DNA of 64,000 nt, taken from an uncultured Actinomycetota bacterium. Lineage in GTDB: Bacteria; Actinomycetota; Actinomycetes; JAHEKZ01. Positions 1 to 10,500 of the stretch are shown piece by piece. Each line of letters begins with the position of its first letter. Position 1 is the first letter of the stretch. The DNA lies in contig CAVQYR010000001.1 in assembly GCA_963718235.1 (NCBI GenBank), positions 1,792,001-1,856,000 of the forward strand, written 5' to 3'. The notes under the pieces are model-generated. The model was not told the DNA's origin, ran no database searches, and worked only from the letters and a program-made list of their open reading frames with translations. A program made the translations under genes and the position numbers.

Positions 1-395
1 AGGAGCTCCTTGAACATCACGACCTCGCCGACCCGCTCGAAGCCCATGGCCCGTACCACGTTCATCGCCTCGTTGAGCATGACCTCCTGACCGAGACCGA
101 GGTCGTCGACCTCGACCTCGGGACTGCAGGCCACGCGCAGCTTGCGGCCGCTGGTGAAGACGTCGAGGGTTCCGTCCTCGAAGGTCTCGACCACGACGCC
201 GTAGCCGGCCGGCGGCTGGGCCAGCCGGTCGATCTCCTCCTTGAGCGCGACGAGCTGGTCGCGGGCCTCGCGCAGGGTCGTGGCGAGCCGGGCGTTCTGC
301 TCGCGCGTCGCCGTCAGCTCACGCTGCAGGGTCGCGAGGGTGGGGGCGTCGTCGGACTCCCGCGGTGTCCGCCGGGCGTCGTCCTGGCTGGTCAT
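1..395 (-). CDS. arc: proteasome AAA ATPase ARC/Mpa, 5' part (runs off the window)
   Basis: Manual translation from ATG 395: MTSQDD...QNARLATTLREARDQLVALKEEIDRLAQPPAGYG...GRKLRVACSP..GQEVMLNEAMNVV, the coiled-coil plus OB start of ARC. GAGGAGG RBS upstream; adjacent to trmI as in other actinomycetes. Confidence 0.92.
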   Translation of the reverse strand, partial: MTSQDDARRTPRESDDAPTLATLQRELTATREQNARLATTLREARDQLVALKEEIDRLAQPPAGYGVVVETFEDGTLDVFTSGRKLRVACSPEVEVDDLGLGQEVMLNEAMNVVRAMGFERVGEVVMFKEL

Positions 396-512
396 GACCA
401 CCACCTCCTCGCACGCCTTTCGACCCTACCTTCGGCCGGGCCCGGGCGAATCTGGACCGAAAACCGGCGTGTCGTGCCGGTCACGGCCCGATCACGCGGT
501 GTGACCGACCGG

Positions 513-1403
513 TCAGGCGGACCAGTCGTCGCCGTAGGCGCCCTTGGCCGGTCGTCGGCGGCGGGTGGGGGCGACCACGCCGGCCGCCAGCCGACGGCTC
601 GTGACCAGGAACCCGGTGTGGCCGACCATCCGGTGCTCGGGCCTTACGGCAAGGCCTTCCACGTGCCACCCGCGCAGGATGGTCTCGTTGGCCTGGGGCT
701 CGGTGAAGCCGGAGTGGCCGCGCAGCGTCTCGACGAGCCGGGACAGCTGGGTCGTGGTGGCCACGTAGCCGCAGAAGACGCCGCCGGGTGCCATCACCTC
801 GGCCACCTGGGCCACGCAGTCCCACGGCGCCAGCATGTCGAGCACGACTCGGTCGACCGGACGGTTCGGCGGCTCCTGCACGAGGCACTCGACCAGGTCA
901 CCGACCGTGAGGTCCCACCCGGGGTGCGGTGCTCCGAAGAACGACTCGACGTTGCTGCGCGCGATGTCGGCGAAGTCGGCCCGCCTCTCGTAGGACGACA
1001 CGTGGCCCGCGTCGCCGACGGCGCGCAGCAGCGAGCAGGTGAGTGCCCCCGACCCGACGCCCGCCTCGATCACCTGGGCTCCCGGGAAGAGGTCGGCCTG
1101 GGCGACGATCTGACCGGCGTCCTTCGGGTACACCACTGTGGCCCCTCGCGGCATCGACAGGACGAAGTCCGACAGCAACGGCCGCAGCGCCAGGTAGGTG
1201 GTGCTTCCGGTGGACGTGACCAGGACGCCCTCCGGCCCCCCGATCAGCGAGTCGTGGTCGATCGCACCCTTGTGCGTGTGGAACTGCTTGCCCGCGACCA
1301 GGGTGAAGGTGTGGTGGCGTCCCTTCGGGTCGGTGAGCTGCACCTGGTCACCGACCCGGAACACCCCGGTCCGGTGGGAGGCCCCGGTGGGTGGGTCAGC
1401 CAC
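513..1403 (-). CDS. trmI: tRNA (adenine(58)-N1)-methyltransferase
   Basis: VQLTDPKGRHHTFTL, MPRGATVVYPKD, EAGVGSGAL, DRVVLDML, RPEHRMVGHTGFL. Start placed at GTG 1403, overlapping the upstream gene end. Confidence 0.93.
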   Translation of the reverse strand: MADPPTGASHRTGVFRVGDQVQLTDPKGRHHTFTLVAGKQFHTHKGAIDHDSLIGGPEGVLVTSTGSTTYLALRPLLSDFVLSMPRGATVVYPKDAGQIVAQADLFPGAQVIEAGVGSGALTCSLLRAVGDAGHVSSYERRADFADIARSNVESFFGAPHPGWDLTVGDLVECLVQEPPNRPVDRVVLDMLAPWDCVAQVAEVMAPGGVFCGYVATTTQLSRLVETLRGHSGFTEPQANETILRGWHVEGLAVRPEHRMVGHTGFLVTSRRLAAGVVAPTRRRRPAKGAYGDDWSA

Positions 1404-2595
1404 GGCGCAGGGGCCCGGAGGCTGAGTGCTGCAGCGCGGCCAGCGCCGTGGTGACGTCCTGGTGGGAGAGCACGCCGTAGATCGAACCATCGGCCTCGAC
1501 GACGAGGTACTCCGGGGCGGGATGCTCGTCCATCAGCTGGAGCATCCCCTCGCCCTGGGCGTCGACCGGCACCGTCGCGGTCCGCTGCAGCGTGCGGCTC
1601 ACCGAGCCGACGCTGACCCAGGGCCGTCGCTCGACCGGCAGCGCCGCGATGGCTGCCTCGTTGACGATCCCCACCGGCTGCCGGCGGGCGTCGACCGTCA
1701 CCAGACCCCCCGCCCCGCCCTGCTCCAGCAGCCGCAGCGCCTCGGCCACGGGCAGGTCGCTGGGCACCGGGATCGCCCGTCGGGTGAGCGACCGGGCGGT
1801 GATCGTGGGCAGCCGGTCACGCAGCCTGGCCCCCCTCAGCGCGTGCCCGGCCTGGATCCAGATGAACCCGGCCAGCAGCATGCCCCAGGCCAGCCACACA
1901 AGGTCGGTCCGGCCGCGAGCCAGCGGGAGCAGGGCGAGCAGGGCCAGCACGACCGCGAGCGCCCGTCCGGCCCAGCCTGCGACCTGCGTGCCCAGCCGCT
2001 CCCGGCGGGAGACCCCCCACACCAGGTCACGCAGGATCCGGCCGCCGTCCAGTGGGAGGCCGGGAAGGAGGTTGAACACCCCGACGATGAGGTTCGTCAC
2101 CGTCAGCTGCCAGACGACCAGTGACACCACCGTCCCGTCGGGCAGCACCTGCCACAGCCCCCAGCTCGCGGCGGCCAGCCCGAGGGAGGCCAGCGGACCC
2201 ACCACGGCCACGACGAGGTCGGCCCAGGGCCGGTCACTTCCACCATGGATCTCGCTCACCCCGCCGAGCAGGTGCAAGGTGATCTGTCGGACCCGTAGGC
2301 CGAAGGCCAGGGCGACCACGGAGTGGGCCAGCTCGTGCACGAGGACGGACAGGCCGAGCAGGACGGCGAAGGCGAATGCGACCAGGTAGGCGGCGCCGCC
2401 CAGCTGGGGCAGCTGCTCGGTCACGTAGGGCGCGAAGAGCACGGCGATCACCAGCGACGCGATCAGCCACGAGCCGTTCACGTACACCGGAACCCCGAAC
2501 AGCCGGGCCAGCAACCACCCTTCGCGGCGTGGCTCCGGAACCGGCGGCTGGGACACGGCCGGTCGAGCTGGGGGCTCCTGACCCGAGGCGCTCAC
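1396..2595 (-). CDS. site-2 protease (M50) with C-terminal CBS domains
   Basis: HELAH zinc motif, NLLPGLPLDGG motif, several TM segments and a CBS-like tail. Confidence 0.9.
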   Translation of the reverse strand: MSASGQEPPARPAVSQPPVPEPRREGWLLARLFGVPVYVNGSWLIASLVIAVLFAPYVTEQLPQLGGAAYLVAFAFAVLLGLSVLVHELAHSVVALAFGLRVRQITLHLLGGVSEIHGGSDRPWADLVVAVVGPLASLGLAAASWGLWQVLPDGTVVSLVVWQLTVTNLIVGVFNLLPGLPLDGGRILRDLVWGVSRRERLGTQVAGWAGRALAVVLALLALLPLARGRTDLVWLAWGMLLAGFIWIQAGHALRGARLRDRLPTITARSLTRRAIPVPSDLPVAEALRLLEQGGAGGLVTVDARRQPVGIVNEAAIAALPVERRPWVSVGSVSRTLQRTATVPVDAQGEGMLQLMDEHPAPEYLVVEADGSIYGVLSHQDVTTALAALQHSASGPLRRG

Positions 2596-2657
2596 CCGTC
2601 GATGGTAGGTGCCGCTGGCGCCTGGTCCTGTCGGTGGGCAGTCCTAGGCTGAGTGCC

Positions 2658-3491
2658 GTGAGCTCAACCGTCGCACCGTCCGAGGCCGTCCCGGACCTGC
2701 CGTCCCTGTCACCCTCGCGCGCGGGTGATTTCATGAACTGTCCCCTGCTGTACCGGTTCCGGGTGATCGACCGGCTCCCCCAGCCGCCCAGTCCGGCGGC
2801 CACCCGCGGCACCGTCGTCCATGCGGTGCTGGAGCAGCTGTTCGACCTGCCGGCGGCCCGGCGGACCCTGTCGACGGCCGAGGGGCTGGTGGGGCCGAGC
2901 TGGCAGCAGCTGCTCGAGTCCGACCCGGCGCTGGCCGAGCTGTTCGACGACGATCCCGACGGCGTGCGCGCCGCGCAGTGGCTGGCCGGCACCGAGGAGC
3001 TGCTGAGCACCTACTTCCTGCTGGAGGACCCACGTCGGCTGGAGCCGGCCCACCGCGAGACCCTGGTCGAGGTCGACCTGGCCTCCGGGCTTCGGCTGCG
3101 CGGGTACGTCGACCGGATCGACGTCGCCCCCGACGGTGCGCTGCGCGTCGTCGACTACAAGACCGGAAAGGCGCCACGCGACGGCTTCGAGCAGAAGGCC
3201 ATGTTCCAGATGCGGTTCTACGCCCTGGTGCTATGGCGGCTGCACGGCGAGGTCCCGCGGCTACTCCAGCTGATGTACCTGGGCAGCGGCGAGATCGTGC
3301 GGTACGAGCCCGACATCGCCGACCTCGAGGCGATGGAGCGCAAGCTGGAGGCGCTGTGGTCGGCCATCGACCGGGCATCGACGACGGGCGACTGGCGCCC
3401 GAACCCGTCCCGGCTGTGCGACTGGTGCGACCACCGGGCCCTGTGCCCCGCCTGGGGTGGCACTCCCCCGGAGCTGCCGTCGACCGCCTAG
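2658..3491 (+). CDS. RecB-family PD-(D/E)XK nuclease (Rv2119-like, four Cys)
   Basis: LSPSRAGDFMNCPLLYRF, LRGYVDRID, VVDYKTG, LCDWCDHRALCP. GTG 2658 follows a TAGGCT -10 element. Confidence 0.88.
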   Translation: MSSTVAPSEAVPDLPSLSPSRAGDFMNCPLLYRFRVIDRLPQPPSPAATRGTVVHAVLEQLFDLPAARRTLSTAEGLVGPSWQQLLESDPALAELFDDDPDGVRAAQWLAGTEELLSTYFLLEDPRRLEPAHRETLVEVDLASGLRLRGYVDRIDVAPDGALRVVDYKTGKAPRDGFEQKAMFQMRFYALVLWRLHGEVPRLLQLMYLGSGEIVRYEPDIADLEAMERKLEALWSAIDRASTTGDWRPNPSRLCDWCDHRALCPAWGGTPPELPSTA

Positions 3492-3521
3492 GGTCAGGTC
3501 ACCGCCCTACGAGGAGCCACC

Positions 3522-4304
3522 ATGTCCCACGACCCTGCCCTTTCGACGGCCCCGGCCACCGACGCCCCTGCCGCGGCCGGCGCCCGGAACCTGAGCAAGA
3601 TCTACGGCGAGGGCGAGACCCGGGTCGTCGCGCTGGACGACGTGACCGTCGGCTTCGCGTCGGGCCGGTTCACCGCGATCATGGGCCCGTCCGGCTCAGG
3701 CAAGTCGACCCTCATGCACGTGTGCGCCGGCCTGGACTCCGCCACCGAGGGCACCGTCTACATCGGCGACACCGACCTGACGACGCTCAAGGACAACGCG
3801 CTCACCAGGCTGCGCCGTGACCGGGTGGGGTTCGTGTTCCAGGCCTACAACCTGGTGCCGACCCTGAGCGCGCTGGAGAACATCACCTTGCCCTTGGACA
3901 TCGCCGGGCGCCCGGTCGACCGGGCCTGGCTGGACCAGGTGGTCGACACGGTCGGGCTGCGTGACCGGCTGCGCAACAAGCCCAACCAGCTCTCCGGCGG
4001 CCAGCAGCAGCGGGTCGCGGCGGCCCGGGCGCTGGTCAGTCGACCCGAGATCGTGTTCGCCGACGAGCCCACCGGGAACCTCGACTCGCGGGCCGGTGCC
4101 GAGGTGCTCGGGTTCCTGCGCCGCAGCGTCGAGGAGTTCGGCCAGACGATCGTGATGGTCACCCACGACCCGATCGCGGCCTCCTACGCCCAGCACGTGC
4201 TGTTCCTCGCCGACGGTCGGATCGTCGACACGATGGACGACCCCACGGCCGAGCGGGTCCTGGAGCGGATGAAGGGCTTCGACGGAAAGGGCCGGAGGTC
4301 CTAG
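3522..4304 (+). CDS. ABC transporter ATP-binding protein (LolD/MacB type)
   Basis: GPSGSGKS, LSGGQQQR, ADEPTGNLD, VTHD; GAGGAG RBS. Confidence 0.93.
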   Translation: MSHDPALSTAPATDAPAAAGARNLSKIYGEGETRVVALDDVTVGFASGRFTAIMGPSGSGKSTLMHVCAGLDSATEGTVYIGDTDLTTLKDNALTRLRRDRVGFVFQAYNLVPTLSALENITLPLDIAGRPVDRAWLDQVVDTVGLRDRLRNKPNQLSGGQQQRVAAARALVSRPEIVFADEPTGNLDSRAGAEVLGFLRRSVEEFGQTIVMVTHDPIAASYAQHVLFLADGRIVDTMDDPTAERVLERMKGFDGKGRRS

Positions 4305-4305
4305 C

Positions 4306-6840
4306 GTGCTGCGCTCCAGCCTCCGCAGTGTCTTCGCCCACAAGCTGCGTCTGTTGCTCTCCGGCCTGGCGATCGTGCTCGGTGTCGCGTTCGTCGTCGG
4401 CACGTTCATCTTCACCGACACCCTCGAGAAGACCTTCACCGACCTGTTCAGCCAGACCACGACCGACGTCGTGGTCACCCCGGTGGCCACGGTCGACAGC
4501 GACGTGGCCGGGAGCCTGGCCACGCTGCCGGCGTCGGTCCTGACGACCGTGCAGGGCGTCGACGGAGTGGCGAAGTCGGCCGGCACGGTGTTCGCCGACG
4601 GCGTGACCATCATCGGCAGTGACGGCGAGCCGCTGGGCACCCAAGGGGCCCCGCAGTTCGGGAGCAACTGGGACGACGACGAGCAGCTCAGCCCGTACCG
4701 GCTGGTCGACGGCCAGGGACCGGTCCGGGCCGGCGAGATCGCCATCGACTCGGTCGCGGCGGAGTCCGGAGGGTTCGCCCTGGGCGACACGGTGCGGCTG
4801 GTCACACCGTCCGGCTCCCAGACGGCCACCCTGGTCGGGGTGTTCCGGTTCGGCACGTCGGGCAACCTGGCGGGGGCGACCATCACGGCCTTCGACCTGG
4901 CGACGGCGCAAGCGGTGCTCCTGGACGGCGCGGACGAGTACACCGAGGTCGACGCCGTGGCCGTCGACGGGGTCTCGCAGACCGAGCTCGCGGCTGCCGT
5001 CACCACCGCACTCGGCGCACCGGACGACATCCAGGTGCAGACGGGCGAGCAGGCCTCCGACGAGGCCGCGGCGGCGATCAACGACGGGCTGCAGTTCGTC
5101 AACATCTTCCTGCTCGTGTTCGCCGGGATCGCCCTGTTCGTCGGCACGTTCATCATCCTCAACACGTTCGCGATGCTCGTCAGCCAACGCTCGCGTGAGC
5201 TGGCCCTGCTGCGGGCGGTGGGTGCCACCCGACGCCAGGTGATCACGTCGGTCCTCGTGGAGGCGCTGGTCGTGGGCGTCTTCGGTTCCGTCGTCGGCAT
5301 CGCGCTCGGCGTTGCCGTGGCGGTCGGGTTGCAGGGGCTCTTCAACGCGATCGGTGCGGAGATCCCGACTGGCGGGCTCAGCATCCTGCCGCGCACCGTG
5401 GTCGTCGGACTCCTCGTCGGGACGGTGGTGACGGTCGCCGCCGCGCTCGCCCCGGCCTGGAGGGCCTCGAGGATCCCGCCGATGGCGGCCCTGCGCGACG
5501 ATGTCACGCTCCCGACCCGCTCGCTTCGGATCCGTGCTCTCCTGGGCGTCGTCGGGCTCGTCGTCGGGCTGGGACTGATGACCGCCGGCGTCATGGCGGG
5601 CGGTGGCTCGGGCTCCGGGCTCGTCGGGCTCGGCACGATCGTCACGCTGGTTGCGGCCATCGTGCTCAGCCCGGCCGTCTCCGGCCCCGTGGTCCGTCTC
5701 CTGGGGGCCCCTCTTCCCCGCCTGTTCGGGACCGTCGGGCGGCTCTCGGTCGACAACGCCGAACGACAGCCCCGGCGCACGGCAGCGACAGCCTCTGCAC
5801 TCATGATCGGCATCGCACTGGTGTCTGCGCTGACCATCTTCGCCACGTCGACCAGCACGTCGGTCGAGCGCGTCGTCGACCGGGTGATCGGCGCGGAGTT
5901 CCTGGTGTCCAACCAGGCGCAACGGCCGTTCCCACCGTCCGTGGCCGCCGCGGTGGGCGACGTCGACGGCATCGACGCGGTCTCTGCGGTGAAGCAGGTG
6001 CCGGCCACCGTCGACGGCTCGGACACGATCATCGTGGGCCTCGACCCGTCGACGATCGGTCGGATGCTGGACCTGTCATTCGTCACCGGGTCGCTCGCCG
6101 ACCTCGGTGAGGGGTCGATCGTCGTTGACGACGTCACGGCCCAAGGAGCCGGGCTGAAGGTCGGCGACCAGGTCGACGTGGTGCTGCCGACCGGCGCCGA
6201 CACGTACGCCGTGGCCGGTACCTACACAGGCGGTGCAGGCTTCAGCGGGTACGGGCTGTCCAACGACGCGCTGGCGGCCGCGGGGCTGCGGCTCGGTGAC
6301 TCGTTCCTGTACGCCAAGACGGTCGAAGGGGCCGATCTGGACGCGGTGGGCGCCGCCCTCGACGAGGCCCTCAGCGACTACCCCACGGTGCAGGTGCAGA
6401 GCCAGGCGGAGTTCAAGGACTCGATCAAGGGCAACGTCAACCAGCTGCTCGCAGTGATGGTCCTGCTGCTCAGCCTGGCGATCATCATCGCGGTGCTCGG
6501 GATCGTGAACACCCTGGTCCTGTCGGTGATCGAGCGCACGCGCGAGATCGGGATGCTCAGGGCGGTCGGCGCGCTGCGGGGACAGATCCGACGGATGGTG
6601 GTGCTGGAGTCGATCGTGATCGCCGTCTACGGCGCGGTACTCGGGCTGGTTCTGGGGCTCGGGTTCGCGGTGGCGCTCCAACGCACCCTGGTCGACCAGG
6701 GCATCGAGGTGCTGGCCATCCCCTGGGTGGCCTTGCTGGTGTTCCTGCTGCTCGCGGCCCTGGTCGGAGCGCTTGCTGCCCTGTGGCCGGCCTTCCGGGC
6801 CGGACGCCTCGACGTGCTCCGCGCGGTGACCACCGAGTAG
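4306..6840 (+). CDS. ABC transporter permease (duplicated FtsX-like)
   Basis: Two FtsX-type repeats (QRSRELALLRAVGA, ERTREIGMLRAVGA) with extracytoplasmic domains. Confidence 0.9.
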   Translation: MLRSSLRSVFAHKLRLLLSGLAIVLGVAFVVGTFIFTDTLEKTFTDLFSQTTTDVVVTPVATVDSDVAGSLATLPASVLTTVQGVDGVAKSAGTVFADGVTIIGSDGEPLGTQGAPQFGSNWDDDEQLSPYRLVDGQGPVRAGEIAIDSVAAESGGFALGDTVRLVTPSGSQTATLVGVFRFGTSGNLAGATITAFDLATAQAVLLDGADEYTEVDAVAVDGVSQTELAAAVTTALGAPDDIQVQTGEQASDEAAAAINDGLQFVNIFLLVFAGIALFVGTFIILNTFAMLVSQRSRELALLRAVGATRRQVITSVLVEALVVGVFGSVVGIALGVAVAVGLQGLFNAIGAEIPTGGLSILPRTVVVGLLVGTVVTVAAALAPAWRASRIPPMAALRDDVTLPTRSLRIRALLGVVGLVVGLGLMTAGVMAGGGSGSGLVGLGTIVTLVAAIVLSPAVSGPVVRLLGAPLPRLFGTVGRLSVDNAERQPRRTAATASALMIGIALVSALTIFATSTSTSVERVVDRVIGAEFLVSNQAQRPFPPSVAAAVGDVDGIDAVSAVKQVPATVDGSDTIIVGLDPSTIGRMLDLSFVTGSLADLGEGSIVVDDVTAQGAGLKVGDQVDVVLPTGADTYAVAGTYTGGAGFSGYGLSNDALAAAGLRLGDSFLYAKTVEGADLDAVGAALDEALSDYPTVQVQSQAEFKDSIKGNVNQLLAVMVLLLSLAIIIAVLGIVNTLVLSVIERTREIGMLRAVGALRGQIRRMVVLESIVIAVYGAVLGLVLGLGFAVALQRTLVDQGIEVLAIPWVALLVFLLLAALVGALAALWPAFRAGRLDVLRAVTTE

Positions 6841-6849
6841 CCGGCGCAC

Positions 6850-7537
6850 CTACCCCTGGGCGACCAGGCGTCGCAGCAACGAGACGTCGACCAGGTCGAG
6901 TGACGAGGTGACGTGTCGTCCGGGAACAGGGTCGATGGGGGCGACGCTCGGTACGGCCACCACGCGGCACCCGGCGGCCTCCGCAGCAGCGACACCGGTC
7001 GGTGAGTCCTCCAGGACCACCGTGCTCGCGGCCGACGCCCCCAGGTGCGTCAGTGCCGTCACGTATGGCTGAGGGTCGGGCTTCAGGAGCGAGACGTCGT
7101 CGGCGGTGACCGTGACCTGGAAGGCACTGCTGGGCAGCGCGCTCAGCACGACCTCGACATGCTCCCTCACCGACGAGGTGACGAGTCCCAGCTGCACCCC
7201 GTGGTCCAGAAGCGACCCGATCAGGGTCGAGGCGCCGTCGCCGGAGGTTGACCCCGTCGACGACCAGGCGCCTGGTCATCGCCTCCCGGAGGTGGCGCAT
7301 GACCGCAGCGTCTCCGAGCGTCGAACCACTGGCCGTCAGCATGTAGCGCGCAGCGAAGGGCAGGTTGGAGCCGAGCAGGGCGTGCTGGTCGGTCTCGTTC
7401 CACGGGATGCCCAGCCACGCGGCCGTCTCGGTCTCCGCGGCGAACCACTGGGGCTCGGTGTCCACCAGCAGACCGTCCATGTCGAAGAGCACGGTCGTGA
7501 GGCCGACCTGGTCCTCGGGCACGAGGGCTGTGCTCAT
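6850..7537 (-). pseudogene. HAD-family phosphatase with a +1 frameshift near 7240-7250
   Basis: The N-half has FDMDGLLVDTE. The C-half is in another frame and has LVTSS, KPDPQPY and LEDSPTGVAAAEAAG. The span is 688 nt (3n+1). May be a sequencing error. Confidence 0.8.
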
Positions 7538-10500
7538 CGGGCGTTGAAGTACTTGGCCTCGGGGTGGTGCACGACCAGGGCCGAGGTGGACTGCTCAGGG
7601 TGCAGCTGGAACTCCTCGCTGAGCTCGACGCCGATCCGCTCCGGACGGAGCAGGTCGACCAGGACGGTCTGGTCCTCCAGGTCGGGGCACGCGGGGTAGC
7701 CGAAGGAGTACCTCGAACCTCGGTAGCCCTGACGCAGGATGGCGTCGAGCTGTGGTTCGTCCTGGCGGGCGTAGCCGAGCTCGGCGCGCACGCGGGCGTG
7801 CCAGAACTCGGCCAGCGCCTCGGTCAGCTGGACCGACAGCCCGTGCAGCTCGAGGTACTCGCGGTACGCGTCCTTGGCGAAGAGCTCGTTGGCCACCTCA
7901 CTGACCCTGCGCCCCATCGTCACGACGTGGAAGCCCACGACATCGGTCTCCCCGGAGTCCGCCGCGCGGAAGAAGTCCGACAGGCACAGGTGTCGGTCGC
8001 GCCGCTGCCGGGGGAACCGGAAGCGGGCTCGCTCACGCCCGGTTTCCGGACCCTCGTGATGCAGCACGACGAGGTCGTCCCCCTCGCTCACGGCCGGGAA
8101 GTAGCCGTAGGCCACGGCGGCCTGCAGGATGCCCTCGGTGTGCAGGCGCTCCAGCCAGTACCGCAGCCTCGGGCGTCCCTCGGTCTCGACGAGCTCCTCG
8201 TAGGTGGGCCCCTGACCACTGCGCGAGCCGCGCAGCCCCCACTGGCCCATGAAGGTCGCCCGCTCGTCGAGGTAGGCGGCGTAGTCGCCCAGAGCGATCC
8301 CCTTGACCACCCGGTCCCCCCAGAACGGTGGCCGGGGCACCGGGTTGTCGGTCGTGACGTCGGAGCGGGCCGGCAGGTCGACTTCGGGGGTCTCACGCGG
8401 GCGCACGACCGAGGCGACGCGGCGCTGCTTGGGTGCGGGCAGGGTGGCGCCCTCGACGCCGCGCTTGACCGCCATGACGGCGTCCATCAGCCGCAGTCCC
8501 TCGAAGGCGTCGCGTGCGTACCGGACCTCACCCTCGTAGATGGCGCCGAGGTCCTGCTCGACGTAGGAACGAGTCAGCGCGGCCCCGCCCAGGACGACTG
8601 GCCATCGGTCAGCGACCCCGCGCAGGTTCATCTCCTCCAGGTTCTCCCGCATGACGACCGTCGACTTGACCAGCAGCCCGGACATGCCCACGACATCGGC
8701 GTCGTTCTCGTCCGCCGCGTCGAGGATGGCCGAGACCGGCTGCTTGATCCCGAGGTTGACGACGGTGTAGCCGTTGTTGGTCAAGATGATGTCGACCAGG
8801 TTCTTGCCGATGTCGTGGACGTCGCCCTTCACGGTGGCCAGCACGATGGTTCCCTTGCCGCTGGTGTCGGACTTCTCCATGTGCGGCTCGAGGTGGGCCA
8901 CCGCGGTCTTCATGACCTCGGCCGACTGCAGCACGAACGGCAGCTGCATCTCGCCGCGCCCGAAAAGGTCGCCGACGACCTTCATGCCCTCGAGCAGGTC
9001 GACGTTGACGATGTCCAGAGCCTCGCGGGTGCCCAGCGCCTCGTCGAGGTCGGCTTCCAGGCCGTTGCGCTCGCCGTCGATGATCCTCCGGCGCAGCCGC
9101 TCGCCGAGTGGCAGCGCGGCGAGCTCGGCCGCCCTCGACTGTCGCAGGTCGGCGGCGGTGGCCCCCTCGAACAGGTCCAGAAAGCGCTGCAGCGGGTCGT
9201 AGCCGTCGGAGCGCCGGTCGTAGACGAGGTCGAGGGCGACCTGACGCTGCTCGTCGGGGATCCGGGCCATGGGCAGGATCTTCGAGGCGTGCACGATCGC
9301 GGAGTCCAGCCCGGCCTGGACCGCCTCGTGCAGGAACACCGAGTTGAGCACGATCCGGGCCGCGGGGTTGAGCCCGAAAGAAACGTTGGACACGCCGAGC
9401 GTGGTCTGCACCTGCGGGTGCCGACGCTTGACCTCACGGATCGCCTCGATCGTCTCCAGGGCGTCGCGGCGGGTCTCCTCCTGGCCGGTGGCGATCGGGA
9501 AGGTCAGCGTGTCGACGATGATGTCCGACTCGTGCATGCCCCAGTGGCCGGTCAGGTCGTCGATGAGACGGCGAGCGACCCGCACCTTCCACTCGGCGGT
9601 GCGGGCCTGTCCCTGCTCGTCGATGGTGAGCGCGACGACAGCTGCCCCGTGCTCCTTGACCAGGGGCATCATCCGCTGGATCCGGCTGCCCGGACCGTCG
9701 CCGTCCTCGTAGTTGACCGAGTTGACCACCGACCGACCGCCGAGCAGCTCCAGGCCGGCCTGCACGACCTCGGGCTCCGTGGAGTCGAGCATGAGGGGCA
9801 GGGTGGATGCCGTGGCGAACCGCCCCACCACCTCGCGGATGTCATCGACGCCACTTCGGCCCACGTAGTCGATGCACACGTCGAGCAGGTGAGCGCCGTC
9901 GCGGGTCTGGTCGCGGGCGATCTCGACGCAGTCCTCCCACCGCTCTTCGAGCATCGCCACCCGAAAGGCCTTGGACCCGTTGGCGTTGGTGCGCTCCCCG
10001 ATCGACAGGTAGGCGGTGTCCTGACGAAACGGCACGTGCTGGTACAGCGAGGCGGCTCCCGGCTCGGGGCGCGGCCGTCGGGGCGACAGTGGCCGACCTC
10101 CCACTCGTTCGACGACGTGCCGCAGGTGCTCGGGGGTGGTCCCGCAGCACCCGCCGACCAGGCTCAGCCCGTAGTCGCGGGTGAAGGCGTCGTGGGCGTC
10201 GGCGAGCTGGGCCGGGGTGAGCGGGTAGTGGGCGCCGTCGGCGGTCAGGACCGGAAGCCCGGCGTTCGGCATGCACGAGACCCCCACCCGAGCGTGCCGG
10301 GAGAGGTGACGCAGGTGCTCGCTCATCTCCGCCGGGCCGGTGGCGCAGTTCAGCCCGATCAGGTCGATGCCCAGTGGCTCCAGGGCGGCCAGGGCGGCCC
10401 CGATCTCGGTCCCCAGCAGCATCGTGCCGGTGGTCTCCACCGTGACCTGGACGATCAGCGGGAGGTCGACCCCCGCTGCCTTCAGCGCCCGTCGGGCCCC

